Of a stretch of 64,000 nt of DNA, positions 1 through 10,422 are shown one piece after another (the stretch's first letter is position 1; each line of letters opens with the position of its first letter). A program made the translations under genes and the position numbers. Source of the stretch: an uncultured Actinomycetota bacterium (GTDB lineage Bacteria > Actinomycetota > Thermoleophilia > RBG-16-64-13). Location of the stretch: contig OY969565.1 of NCBI GenBank assembly GCA_963701105.1, positions 372,083-436,082 on the forward strand. Direction: 5' to 3'. The notes beneath the pieces were generated by a model that did no database searches, was not told the DNA's origin, and was given only the letters and a program-made list of their open reading frames with translations.

Positions 1-581
1 GCCCGGGCCGCTTTTCGTTGCTCGGTCAGACGCTCGATGACGCCGCCGGCGAGGCCTTCGACAAGGGCGCGCGGCTATTAGGGCTCGGCTATCCGGGCGG
101 GAGGGATCTTGACCTTCTCGCCGAGACGGGCGACCCGAAGGCCTATGAGTTCCCTATCGGCCTGAAGCGCAGGGGCGGTCTCGACTTCTCCTTCTCGGGA
201 GTGAAGACTTCGCTCTTCTATCTCCTGCGCTCATGGACGGAGAAGGAACGCGCGGCGCGGGCAGCCGACGTGGCCGCATCGTATCGAGAGGCGGTGGTGG
301 AGGCGCTGGTGTCCAAACTCCTGGCCGCCGCGACCGCCGAGCACGTCTCGACCATCGCCATCGGCGGTGGGGTGGCCGCCAATTCGCTCCTGCGGCGAAG
401 GGTATCCGGCGAAGGGGAGCGGTGTGGTCTGCGCGTGGTGGTCCCGCCACTCAAGTACTGCACAGACAACGCAGCGATGATCGGCGCGGCTGCTCTGTGG
501 GGCCCGGAAATGCCGTTCCCCTCCTACCTGGGTCTGGAGGCGTCGGCCTCTCTTCCCTTGGACGTGACGCCGGGCACATAG
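1..581 (+). CDS. tsaD: tRNA N6-adenosine threonylcarbamoyltransferase TsaD (Gcp), C-terminal part; 5' end outside window
   Basis: ORF 18..581 has the TsaD/Kae1 C-terminal motifs (LGYPGG..., GGGVAAN). The frame is open to the window edge. Confidence 0.8.
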   Translation, partial: PGRFSLLGQTLDDAAGEAFDKGARLLGLGYPGGRDLDLLAETGDPKAYEFPIGLKRRGGLDFSFSGVKTSLFYLLRSWTEKERAARAADVAASYREAVVEALVSKLLAAATAEHVSTIAIGGGVAANSLLRRRVSGEGERCGLRVVVPPLKYCTDNAAMIGAAALWGPEMPFPSYLGLEASASLPLDVTPGT

Positions 582-701
582 CGGCCACTACGGCTGGAGT
601 GCGCGGGCGACTTGGCCTGGCGTGCACTCAGCCTGTGGACTCGCGCGAACAGCCGCTCGGAACCCCGGCTGCGGCTCGTACCTCGGCAACGCCCGCTCTG
701 T

Positions 702-730
702 TTGACATTTCCTGAGCCGGGGCATATCAT
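702..730 (+). promoter_or_regulatory. sigma-70-type promoter of groES-groEL (TTGACA-17 nt-TATCAT)
   Basis: Near-consensus -35 TTGACA and -10 TATCAT with a 17-nt spacer, about 110 nt upstream of the groES start and immediately 5' of the CIRCE element. Confidence 0.6.
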
Positions 731-740
731 GGGCAGCGTG

Positions 741-767
741 TTGGCACTCTCCACGCGAGAGTGCCAA
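741..767 (+). promoter_or_regulatory. CIRCE operator (HrcA binding site) TTGGCACTC-N9-GAGTGCCAA
   Basis: Perfect 9-bp inverted repeat with a 9-nt spacer. It matches the CIRCE consensus TTAGCACTC-N9-GAGTGCTAA at 16 of 18 positions and sits between the promoter and groES. Confidence 0.8.
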
Positions 768-838
768 TTCGATGTTGTGAGTGCATCGTCGCCGTGTGGG
801 TGACGGCTCTGGGAAACGGACGACAGGAGGGTTTGTGC

Positions 839-1123
839 ATGAAACTTGTGCCGCTTGAGGACAGGGTCGTAGTAAAGGTCCTGGAAGAAGAAGAGAAGAC
901 GGTCAGCGGTATCGTTCTGCCGGACACGGCGAAAGAGAAGCCGCAGAAGGCCAAGGTACTCGCAGTGGGCCCCGGTCGCTACGACGACGGCCAACTGATT
1001 CCCATGGGTGTTGCCGAGGGTGACGTTGTCATCTTCAGCAAGTACGGGGGCACTGAAGTCAAGGTCGAAGGCGACGAGGTGCTGATCCTGCGTGCGTCCG
1101 ACATCCTTGCGAAGGTCGAGTAA
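839..1123 (+). CDS. groES: co-chaperonin GroES (10 kDa)
   Basis: [36 protein letters not shown]...ILAKVE is unmistakably GroES. Internal ATG of ORF 761..1123. Confidence 0.95.
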   Translation: MKLVPLEDRVVVKVLEEEEKTVSGIVLPDTAKEKPQKAKVLAVGPGRYDDGQLIPMGVAEGDVVIFSKYGGTEVKVEGDEVLILRASDILAKVE

Positions 1124-1141
1124 GTACACCGAAACCGTTGA

Positions 1142-2866
<1,725 letters not shown>

Positions 2867-2868
2867 GA

Positions 2869-2944
2869 AGAGCCTCGCGGCTCTTTGGCGGCGCACTCTC
2901 CGGAGTGCGCCGCACGCTGCGGCGGGCGGTCTTCGGGCCGCCCG
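2869..2944 (+). terminator. three consecutive GC-rich hairpins downstream of groEL (probable transcription terminator)
   Basis: agagcctcgcggctct + TT; gcgcactc-tccg-gagtgcgc (perfect); cgggcgg-tcttcgg-ccgcccg. No long U-tract, as is typical of high-GC terminators. Confidence 0.5.
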
Positions 2945-3143
2945 TCGTCGTATCGGCCCGCGGCCGGCGGCCTTCAGGGTCGCCTCGCACGGCGCGGCCC
3001 CGCAGAACCGGGGCGCTGCTCGTGTTTCCGCGGGCCGGGGGAACGGTAATGTTAGACTTATGACCGCTACCAGGCGTCGCGGGAGAGATCGTCTCGGGGC
3101 TGTGCAGCAAGGGGTCCCTCTCTACCGTAGAAAGGAGTGTCGC

Positions 3144-3524
3144 ATGAAGGAGCAAGCCGAAAAGGCGTTCAAGGAGATGCTGGAGATCTCCACGGACGTC
3201 GATAAGGCCGTTCTGTTCTCTGGTGATGAGGTCCTCGCCTCGAACTTCTCTGAGGGACTGCAGCCGACCATGGTGAGGAAGGCAGAAGAACTCGCGGCGG
3301 CGGGCGCAGCGCGGGCCGCGGACATGGGGTCGGCGCCTCTCACACAGTTGGTCGTGGAGAGCCCCGGTGGCACGGTGTTCCTCGTGCAAGAGTCAGAGGA
3401 CGGTGGCATGGGCATGCTCGCCACGGCCAAGAAGGACAGCCGCATCGGTCTGGTCTTCTACGACATGAAGACCTGTATTCGCGACACTCAGGAGACCGAC
3501 GAGGAGCCGGAGGTGGAGGCGTGA
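3144..3524 (+). CDS. roadblock/LC7 (MglB-like) domain protein
   Basis: 127 aa starting at internal ATG with AAAGGAG RBS. Pattern AVLFSGDEVLAS...LTQLVVESPGGTVFLVQE...GMLATAKKDSRIGLVFYDM fits the roadblock/LC7 fold family. Acidic C-terminal tail. Confidence 0.5.
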   Translation: MKEQAEKAFKEMLEISTDVDKAVLFSGDEVLASNFSEGLQPTMVRKAEELAAAGAARAADMGSAPLTQLVVESPGGTVFLVQESEDGGMGMLATAKKDSRIGLVFYDMKTCIRDTQETDEEPEVEA

Positions 3525-3739
3525 TGAAGAAGCTGCTCAAGTTCTTCGGTTTCGTATCGGTTCTTGGCTCGGCCGCGGCGGGTGTCTACTACTACTTCTT
3601 CATGCGCAAGAAGAAGCCCTCGGTGGAACTCTATTTCGACGACGGCTCGATGCTGGCGTTCGACCAGACTGCTCCGGAGGCCGGGGAATTCCTGGCGCTG
3701 GCGGACGACATCCTGGCCATGAGCCCGGTCATCGGTTGA
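3521..3739 (+). CDS. small membrane-anchored protein (72 aa), hypothetical
   Basis: ATGA overlap with the upstream stop. N-terminal TM helix FFGFVSVLGSAAAGVYYYFF followed by KKK, then an acidic C-terminal segment. Confidence 0.45.
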   Translation: MMKKLLKFFGFVSVLGSAAAGVYYYFFMRKKKPSVELYFDDGSMLAFDQTAPEAGEFLALADDILAMSPVIG

Positions 3740-3794
3740 CGCTCGGCGAATCGATCGGCACTACGCGCCACAGAGTGCGCGACGGGCTCCTCCA

Positions 3795-5195
3795 GTGACG
3801 ACGGCGTCGCCCGGTATCACGAGGGCATTGGCCGACGCGGTGCTGGCGCGCGCCCTCAGACACGGCGGTGACTACGCGGAGATCTTCGCGGAAGATCGAT
3901 CGTCCCTGTCGATCCGATTGGACGACGGCCGCTTGGAGGAAGTCTCTTCGGGGGTGGACCTGGGGGCTTCTATACGTCTCGTAAAGGGACCCACCACCTC
4001 CTTCGGATATGTAGACTCACTCGACGAGGCGTCGCTTCTGGGGCTCGCTGAGCGCCTCAGCGCGAGCGTGAAGGGCGCCTCTGCTCTGCCTGCCTCGGTG
4101 AAAGTGGTCCACGTCGCACCCCGCCCAGAGGTGGGAGTGCGCCCGGCCGTCGTCGAGACCCCCGCCAAGGCGGACATTCTGAGGGCGATAGACGCGGCCG
4201 CCCGCGGACGTTCGGCGGAGGTGCGTCAAGTCGCGGCCGGTTACTCGGAGAGCAGACAGCGCATCTGGGTCGCCGGCTCGCGGGGCACGTTTGCCGAGGA
4301 CGATCGTACGCGGGTCGTGGTGAGCGTCAACGTGGTCGCTCAGCGTGGGGGAGTGATCCAGACCGGCCACGAGACGCTGGCCGGTACACTGGGTTTCGAG
4401 ATCCTCGACGGCGACGCGCCCGTGCGGGTGGCGCTGGAGGCCACGGACAAGGCTCTGGTCATGCTCGGGGCGCAACCTGCACCCAGTGGGCGCATGCCCG
4501 TGGTCTTGGCCAACGGGTTCGGAGGCGTGCTCTTCCACGAGGCCTGTGGGCATGGCCTGGAAGCCGACTTCATCGTCAAGAAGACAAGTATCTGGGAAGG
4601 CAGGCGAGGCCAGAGGGTGGCGGAGGCGTTCGTGACCGCGCTAGACGACGGCACGACCCCAGGCATGTGGGGCAGCAATGCCATCGACGACGAGGGGACG
4701 CCCACCGAGGCCACCGTGGTGATCGAGGAGGGTGTCCTCACCAGTTACCTCACGGACATCCTGCGAGGCGAGAAGATCGGCCTGGCCTCGACCGGTAACG
4801 GTCGGCGTCAGAACTTCCGGCACCTGCCCTATCCGCGCATGACGAATACCTACTTCGCACCTGGGGCCATCGCGGCTGCCGATCTCATCGCCGATACGCC
4901 CCGTGCCTTCTATGCCAAGAGTCTCTCGGGGGGACAGGTCGATCCGGCCACCGGCGACTTCGTCTTCGGCGTCTCCGAGGGCTATCTCATCGAGGGTGGA
5001 CGGATCGGACCCGCCGTCCGCGGCGCCACCCTGATCGGGAACGGCGCGGAAGTGCTGCGTTCCATAGACGCCATCGCCGACGACTTGGAGGTGAAGGCCG
5101 GCATGTGCGGCAAGGAAGGTCAAGCGGTGCCGGTGGGAACGGGGCAGCCCACGCTGCGTATCCGTGAACTGACCGTAGGTGGGACGGCAGTATGA
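3795..5195 (+). CDS. tldD: metalloprotease TldD
   Basis: 466 aa with the TldD signature HEACGHGLEADF (HExxxH) and GQVDP..G.F motifs. Confidence 0.9.
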   Translation: MTTASPGITRALADAVLARALRHGGDYAEIFAEDRSSLSIRLDDGRLEEVSSGVDLGASIRLVKGPTTSFGYVDSLDEASLLGLAERLSASVKGASALPASVKVVHVAPRPEVGVRPAVVETPAKADILRAIDAAARGRSAEVRQVAAGYSESRQRIWVAGSRGTFAEDDRTRVVVSVNVVAQRGGVIQTGHETLAGTLGFEILDGDAPVRVALEATDKALVMLGAQPAPSGRMPVVLANGFGGVLFHEACGHGLEADFIVKKTSIWEGRRGQRVAEAFVTALDDGTTPGMWGSNAIDDEGTPTEATVVIEEGVLTSYLTDILRGEKIGLASTGNGRRQNFRHLPYPRMTNTYFAPGAIAAADLIADTPRAFYAKSLSGGQVDPATGDFVFGVSEGYLIEGGRIGPAVRGATLIGNGAEVLRSIDAIADDLEVKAGMCGKEGQAVPVGTGQPTLRIRELTVGGTAV

Positions 5196-6565
5196 TGGGC
5201 GGCTCCGGGCCCGTGGATCTCGTCGCAGTAGGAAGAGATGTCGTGGCGCGCGCCGCGCGGTACCGGGGTGACCTCGAGGTCTTCGTGGAGCATTCGGAGA
5301 CGATCTCGGTCAAGGTGTACCAAGGTGAGGTCGAGTCCTTGGTCACCGGAGCGCCGATGGGGCTTGGGGTGCGGTACGTCGAGGGTTCGCGATCGGGTTA
5401 CGCCTACACGGGCGATTTCTCCGAAGCTGCCCTCGACCGGGTGGTCGCGATGGCGGTGTCCAACACCTCGGTGTCCGACGCCGACGAGTTCGTCCGGCTT
5501 CCGCATGCGCCTCAGGCGTATCCGGAGGTGCCCGGACTATGGCGCCCCGGGCTCCTCGAGACGCCGATAGAACAGAAGATCCAGCTGGCCCTTGAGGCCG
5601 AGCGCGTGGCCTTGTCGTCGCCCCACATAGAGACGGTGGAGGAGAGCAGCTACGTCGATCAGGCCTCGCGCGTGGCCATCGTCTCGACGCGCGGAGTGGA
5701 GGCGTACGGCGAGCAGACCTTCTGCTACGTCTACCTTTCCGCCCACGCCCGCAGGGGCGACGAAGTCCAGACCGGACTGGGGTTCGACACCGGCCGAGAG
5801 CCGGGTGAACTTGACGCTACGGCGGCCGGCCACGAGGCCGCCGGCAAGGCCGCCGCCCTACTTGGAGCCCGTCCGTGCCCCACCGGGCTATACACGGTGG
5901 TCCTCGACCGGGAGGCGGCCGCCGCGGTGATCGGCGTGGCGGCCCGGGCCTTGAGCGCGGACGCCGTGCAGAGAGGGCGCTCGCTTTTCGCCGGCAGGCT
6001 GGGAGAGCACATCGCCGCCAACAGTTTTACTCTCGTCGATCACGGCCTGCACGTGGATGGGATGAGCACGGCGCCCTTCGACGACGAGGGCGTGCCGCGC
6101 GGAGTCACGCCATTGGTGGAGAACGGGGTGCTCAAGGGCTTCTTGCACGACACCTACACAGCCGCCCGTGAAGGGGCGGGGGCGCGGTCAACGGGCAATG
6201 CGCGCCGGGGCGGCTATCGGGCGTCGCCGGGCGTCGCTCCGTCGAACCTGATCCTGAACCAAGGTGAAGGCACGTTGGATGAACTCCTGGCGAGGGCGGG
6301 CAGTGGCGTGTACATCGTAGGCATCACTGGCCTGCACTCCGGGGCCAACCCGGTGACGGGCGAGTTCTCTGTGGGAGCGTATGGACACATGATCGAAGAC
6401 GGCACCATCGGCTCCCCGGTGCGCGAGATCACGATAGCCTCCGATCTTGTGTCTCTCTTGACCAACGTGTCGGATTCGGCGGCCGACTCCCGCTGGATCC
6501 CGTTCCAGGGGAGCGTACTCGCTCCTTCCCTTGTGATCTCCGACGTGACGGTGGCCGGTTCGTGA
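5192..6565 (+). CDS. pmbA: TldE/PmbA family protein (TldD partner)
   Basis: 457 aa. PmbA_TldD fold without HExxxH; overlaps the tldD stop by 4 nt. Confidence 0.85.
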   Translation: MMGGSGPVDLVAVGRDVVARAARYRGDLEVFVEHSETISVKVYQGEVESLVTGAPMGLGVRYVEGSRSGYAYTGDFSEAALDRVVAMAVSNTSVSDADEFVRLPHAPQAYPEVPGLWRPGLLETPIEQKIQLALEAERVALSSPHIETVEESSYVDQASRVAIVSTRGVEAYGEQTFCYVYLSAHARRGDEVQTGLGFDTGREPGELDATAAGHEAAGKAAALLGARPCPTGLYTVVLDREAAAAVIGVAARALSADAVQRGRSLFAGRLGEHIAANSFTLVDHGLHVDGMSTAPFDDEGVPRGVTPLVENGVLKGFLHDTYTAAREGAGARSTGNARRGGYRASPGVAPSNLILNQGEGTLDELLARAGSGVYIVGITGLHSGANPVTGEFSVGAYGHMIEDGTIGSPVREITIASDLVSLLTNVSDSAADSRWIPFQGSVLAPSLVISDVTVAGS

Positions 6566-6590
6566 AACGGGTAGCAGAGAGGCGTGATTG

Positions 6591-7187
6591 ATGGACAAGA
6601 GGTCCCTGGGGAAGCTCCTGTTGGCCGTGGCCTACTTGGAGGGTGATTTCGTCCTGCGCTCCGGACGCCGGAGCCGCTATTACCTGGACAAGTACCTGTT
6701 CGAGACGGAGCCGAGAGTGCTGCGGGGGATCGTCCACGAGATGGCTCTCATGCTGCGGAATCGAATGGCGGCGGGAGCCGTCTATCAAAGGATCGCGGCG
6801 CCCGAGTTGGGTGCGGTCTCGCTGGGCGCCGGCGTGTCCCTGGAGTCGGGCATACCCTTTCTCATCGTGCGTAAGGGCGAAAAGGACTACGGCACGGCGA
6901 ATGCCATCGAGGGTGCGTTCATGCCCGGAGAACGGGTGGCCGTGCTGGAGGACATAGTGACCTCGGGGGGAGCCGCCCTGGCCGCGGTGGAGAAGTTGAG
7001 GGGCGCGGGGCTGGTGGTCGAAGACCTCTACTGCGTCGTCGATAGGGAAGAAGGTGGAGCGGAAGCAGCTGCGGCCGCCGGGCTGACGCTGTATCCACTC
7101 TTCACCACCACCGAACTCGGGATCGGCACTCCTACCGGCGGAGCGGTCGAGGCCCCCGGTGAGCCTGCGACGGGACCGGATGTGTAG
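6591..7187 (+). CDS. pyrE: orotate phosphoribosyltransferase
   Basis: FVLRSGRRSRYYLDKYLFETEP...VLEDIVTSGGAA is the PRTase motif of OPRTase. Confidence 0.9.
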   Translation: MDKRSLGKLLLAVAYLEGDFVLRSGRRSRYYLDKYLFETEPRVLRGIVHEMALMLRNRMAAGAVYQRIAAPELGAVSLGAGVSLESGIPFLIVRKGEKDYGTANAIEGAFMPGERVAVLEDIVTSGGAALAAVEKLRGAGLVVEDLYCVVDREEGGAEAAAAAGLTLYPLFTTTELGIGTPTGGAVEAPGEPATGPDV

Positions 7188-7283
7188 AAAAAGTCGCATG
7201 AGCCCCTGTATTGGGCTATTCTTGTGCCGTATGGGCGGTTTTGGTAAGGTTGCGCTGGATTGAAAAACCCAAGGGAGGCTACG

Positions 7284-7556
7284 GTGACAAAGTCTGATTT
7301 CGTAGATAAACTCGCGGCAAAGGCTGACTTGAGCAAGAAGGATGCTGCGGCTGCACTCGACGCATTCCTGGACGTAGTGACCGAGGCTCTGGCGGCTGGC
7401 GAGTCTGTCCAGTTCACCGGTTTCGGCAAGTTCTACGTGCAGCAGCGCGAAGCCCGCGAAGGCATCAACCCGCAGACGAAGGCCAAGATCCAGATCGCAG
7501 CCACCACGGTGCCCAAGTTCAGCGCCGGCACCGCTCTCAAGAACTCGGTCCGCTAG
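7284..7556 (+). CDS. hup: DNA-binding protein HU (short form, about 90 aa)
   Basis: MTKSDFVDKLA...FTGFGKFYVQQREAREGINPQTKAKIQIAATTVPKFSAG. GTG start with AAGGGAGG RBS. Confidence 0.9.
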   Translation: MTKSDFVDKLAAKADLSKKDAAAALDAFLDVVTEALAAGESVQFTGFGKFYVQQREAREGINPQTKAKIQIAATTVPKFSAGTALKNSVR

Positions 7557-7580
7557 TCTTATTCTCCCTTGCGTTGTCCA

Positions 7581-7608
7581 GGGCCGCCCGATCTGGGGCG
7601 GCCCTTTC
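7581..7608 (+). terminator. rho-independent terminator after hup (GGGCCGCCC-loop-GGGGCGGCCC + TTTC)
   Basis: Perfect 9-10 bp GC stem followed by a T-rich stretch. Confidence 0.7.
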
Positions 7609-7674
7609 GATTGTCTGAGCCGTTTCATCGCTCATCCCATCGCGTTCGACCGATTACCCCTGACTTGAGGACCC

Positions 7675-8574
7675 ATGGAGAACTTCGCCGACCGTCTCTT
7701 TGACGCTGTTGAGGCCCGGCGCTCCCACGTGGTGGCGGGCCTGGACCCCGACTACTCGTTGTTCCCACCCGCAATGCGCACGCTCTCCCCGGACGAGGCC
7801 ACCGATCCGGCTGCTCTCGTGGAGTGCTTCGAGGCGTTTCTGCTCGGCATCTTGGGGGCGGTGGCGGAGGTAGTCGTGGCGGTCAAGCCGCAACTCGCCT
7901 ATTTCGAGGCCTTGGGTTCGTCCGGGTACCGCCTCTACGAGAAGGTGGTCGCTGAGGCGCAGGACCGCGGCTTACTGGTGATCGCCGACGCCAAGCGCGG
8001 CGATATCGGGAGTACGGCCGAGGCGTACGCCCGCGCACACTTGGACGTGGCGGGCGCCGACGCAGTCACCGTGAACCCGTATTTCGGCACGGACGGCGTG
8101 GAACCGTTCCTCCGACGGGCCCGGGAAACCGGGCGGGGCGTGTTCGTGTTGGTCAAGACCTCGAACCCGGGGTCCGCAGAGATCCAGGACCTTGCTTCTG
8201 GCGATGGGGCCCCGGTGTACGAGCACGTGGCTCGACTGGTAGAGACCTGGAGTGACGGCACCCTGGGCGAACGCGGATACTCCTCGGTGGGGGCGGTGGT
8301 GGGAGCTACTCACCCGGCCCAGGCTGCGGCGCTGCGCGCCGCGCACCCCACGACGCCCTTCTTGGTCCCCGGGTACGGCGCGCAGGGGGCATCTGCGGCG
8401 CAGCTTTCCGGGGTCTTCGACGCCGCCGGCATGGGAGCCGTGGTGAACTCCTCCCGCGCGATCCTCTATGCCTATCGATTTCGGGGGGGTGATTGGCGGG
8501 CCGCCGCCCGCGATGAAGCCGAAGACATGCGCCGGGCGCTCTGGGTCGCCGCCCATGGGGGCAGGGAGGCGTGA
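7675..8574 (+). CDS. pyrF: orotidine 5'-phosphate decarboxylase (type 2, long form)
   Basis: 299 aa with VVAGLDPD...KPQLAYFEA...IADAKRGDIGST motifs. Confidence 0.9.
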   Translation: MENFADRLFDAVEARRSHVVAGLDPDYSLFPPAMRTLSPDEATDPAALVECFEAFLLGILGAVAEVVVAVKPQLAYFEALGSSGYRLYEKVVAEAQDRGLLVIADAKRGDIGSTAEAYARAHLDVAGADAVTVNPYFGTDGVEPFLRRARETGRGVFVLVKTSNPGSAEIQDLASGDGAPVYEHVARLVETWSDGTLGERGYSSVGAVVGATHPAQAAALRAAHPTTPFLVPGYGAQGASAAQLSGVFDAAGMGAVVNSSRAILYAYRFRGGDWRAAARDEAEDMRRALWVAAHGGREA

Positions 8575-9077
8575 GCCGGGCGGTGGGCCGTGTCCTCGCG
8601 CCTTTCCTGGCTCTGGGCGTACTAGTGCTGGTGGTGTCGCTCCTGGGCGGCAGCGAGATGGTGACGGGCGGGGTCCGCCCCGAGGCGGGCGCGGCCCCCG
8701 AGACCACCCGCACCACGACCATCTTCCTCTCCCAGCCGAGTACCGGGTCCAAGGACCGCGAGTCTGAGGGATCGTCCGCTGCGACGACATCCACGTCCTC
8801 TGACGGGACCGCCGGCGCGTCCGATACGACCGCGGCTTCGACGGGGACCGCCGGGTCGCAGCCCGGGTCAACCGAAACCGACGCGAGCGCGGGCAACGCC
8901 GGTTCAACCACGGCTTCGGCCGAGCAGGGATCCACCTATACGGTGGTCGCGGGTGACACTCCTTACTCGATCGCGCAGGCCTTCGGGGTGTCCACAAAAG
9001 ACCTCATGGATCTGAACGGCATCGACGACCCGTACGACCTGCGCATCGGGACGGTGCTGCGTATCCCCGGCAAGTGA
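8571..9077 (+). CDS. LysM peptidoglycan-binding domain protein with N-terminal TM anchor and Ser/Thr-rich linker
   Basis: GTGA overlap with pyrF. The C-terminal YTVVAGDTPYSIAQAFGVSTKDLMDLNGIDDPYDLRIGTVLRIP is a LysM domain. Confidence 0.8.
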   Translation: MSRAVGRVLAPFLALGVLVLVVSLLGGSEMVTGGVRPEAGAAPETTRTTTIFLSQPSTGSKDRESEGSSAATTSTSSDGTAGASDTTAASTGTAGSQPGSTETDASAGNAGSTTASAEQGSTYTVVAGDTPYSIAQAFGVSTKDLMDLNGIDDPYDLRIGTVLRIPGK

Positions 9078-9090
9078 GCGCCGACTGGGG

Positions 9091-9158
9091 GCCGGCGATG
9101 GCGGCGGCCGGTGATGTCGGTCGGTGATATCGGTCGGTGATGACGGCCGGCGATGACG
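9091..9158. repeat. tandem 13-bp repeat (about 5 copies, g[c/t]cgg[c/t]gat[g/a]ncg) in a convergent intergenic region
   Basis: gccggcgatggcg / gccggtgatgtcg / gtcggtgatatcg / gtcggtgatgacg / gccggcgatgacg read directly from the sequence. Confidence 0.55.
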
Positions 9159-9191
9159 GTCCGGGGCAGCGCGGCGGCGAAGCCACGACGG

Positions 9192-9533
9192 CTACTCGGC
9201 CGGAGCTTCCCCCGCCCGCGCGGCCGTAGCCTTCTTCACGGCTTTGACCGCGAACAATCCCAGGGTGAGCGCCGGGTTGCCGAGGAAGCTCACGTGACAC
9301 GCGCCTAGGTCGAGGTGGCGTCGCCGGACGGAGCGCAGCAGACGGGGCTGCGCGTCCATCGAGATGATGCGCTCGCCACCTGGGCTGCGGGTGCCCAGCC
9401 ACAGAAAGACCCTGGTGGGCCGGATCTCGGCGCCACCGAGACGACCGGCGGTGACCGTGAGCGCACGTTCGTGTTGGCGCACGACTAGCTCGTCGACCCG
9501 GTAGCGTTCGGGGAGCCTGCGGGCCATGGTCAC
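9192..9533 (-). CDS. hypothetical protein (113 aa), coupled to upstream membrane protein
   Basis: ATGA overlap with the 9530..10267 ORF. No recognisable motifs. Confidence 0.4.
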   Translation of the reverse strand: MTMARRLPERYRVDELVVRQHERALTVTAGRLGGAEIRPTRVFLWLGTRSPGGERIISMDAQPRLLRSVRRRHLDLGACHVSFLGNPALTLGLFAVKAVKKATAARAGEAPAE

Positions 9534-10267
9534 ATCCTTCGCAAGTGGTTGTAGGTGAAGATCAGCACCACATCCAGGGCAAGGGTGATGAGCGCCTCCA
9601 CGAGCAACTGGCTGATCACGAACAAGGGGAATACGCCGTCGGCTGATTGGTAGTAGCGGTCGAACAGGGCGAACGAGCCGGACCAGAGCAGGAGTGCGAC
9701 GAAGTAGATGGGGATGACGACCATCCAGCCGCGGCGCAGCAACTGCACGCTGCGCCGGGCCGCCGCCAGAGGCGAGAGTTTCTCGAACACCAAGGCGTAG
9801 TCCCCGAAAACAAGTAGAACGGCGATCGGCAGCACCACGAGGGCGAGGATCTGGCCGGCGACCGAGTCCTGCGCCACCGAGTTGGGCACCACGTAGAAGA
9901 TGACGTTCGTGACCGCGTAGAAGCCTGTGAGCCGCACGAGCTCACCGGACGTCTCGGGCGAGCGCGGGTAGGAGGGGCCGGCGATGGCTCGGAAGTAGGG
10001 GGCCCGCACGGCCGCCGCGAGAAGGCAGACGGCGGCCGCCGCCACTATGGCCACCAGGAGGTGGCCCGGCTGGTTGGTAATGTCCTTGACGTGCTCCTGC
10101 AGGAACGTCCAGCGGGTGAAATTGGCCGATGCGAAGTCTGAGAAGGCGAGGCGTCCCCCGAGAGATGCGTAAACTGCCAGGAAGGCGATGACGTTGACCA
10201 CCCCCAGCACCAGGGGGTAGACGAAGAGCAGTTGCTTGTGCGTGAGTCGTGCCCACGCGCTGCGCAA
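9530..10267 (-). CDS. integral membrane protein, about 6 TM helices, hypothetical
   Basis: Six hydrophobic 20-25 aa segments. Divergent from dacC. Confidence 0.55.
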   Translation of the reverse strand: MRSAWARLTHKQLLFVYPLVLGVVNVIAFLAVYASLGGRLAFSDFASANFTRWTFLQEHVKDITNQPGHLLVAIVAAAAVCLLAAAVRAPYFRAIAGPSYPRSPETSGELVRLTGFYAVTNVIFYVVPNSVAQDSVAGQILALVVLPIAVLLVFGDYALVFEKLSPLAAARRSVQLLRRGWMVVIPIYFVALLLWSGSFALFDRYYQSADGVFPLFVISQLLVEALITLALDVVLIFTYNHLRRM

Positions 10268-10422
10268 GGCCTGAATGATCGCACGACCTCCGTGGCTGTT
10301 CTTTGGGTGCCTGCGGTCGCGAGTATAGCACCGTGAGTCGGGGTCTCAGGGCGGCCCACGGACAGGCCGCGGGGGTCCCGGTGCCGCCGGGTGGGAAGGG
10401 CCTCCATGCTATACTCCGCGCC

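Noticed and set aside
621-647. Second CIRCE-like element (GTGCACTC...GACTCGCG) upstream of the groES promoter
   Set aside because: Only one half-site resembles the consensus and the arms are not complementary. The canonical element at 741-767 is sufficient.
3521-3739. 72-aa peptide as a RiPP precursor processed by TldD/E (by analogy with microcin B17)
   Set aside because: There is no Cys/Ser/Gly-rich core, no adjacent cyclodehydratase/dehydrogenase (McbBCD-like) or export genes, and the N-terminus looks like a membrane anchor instead of a leader peptide. Kept only as a possible protease partner.
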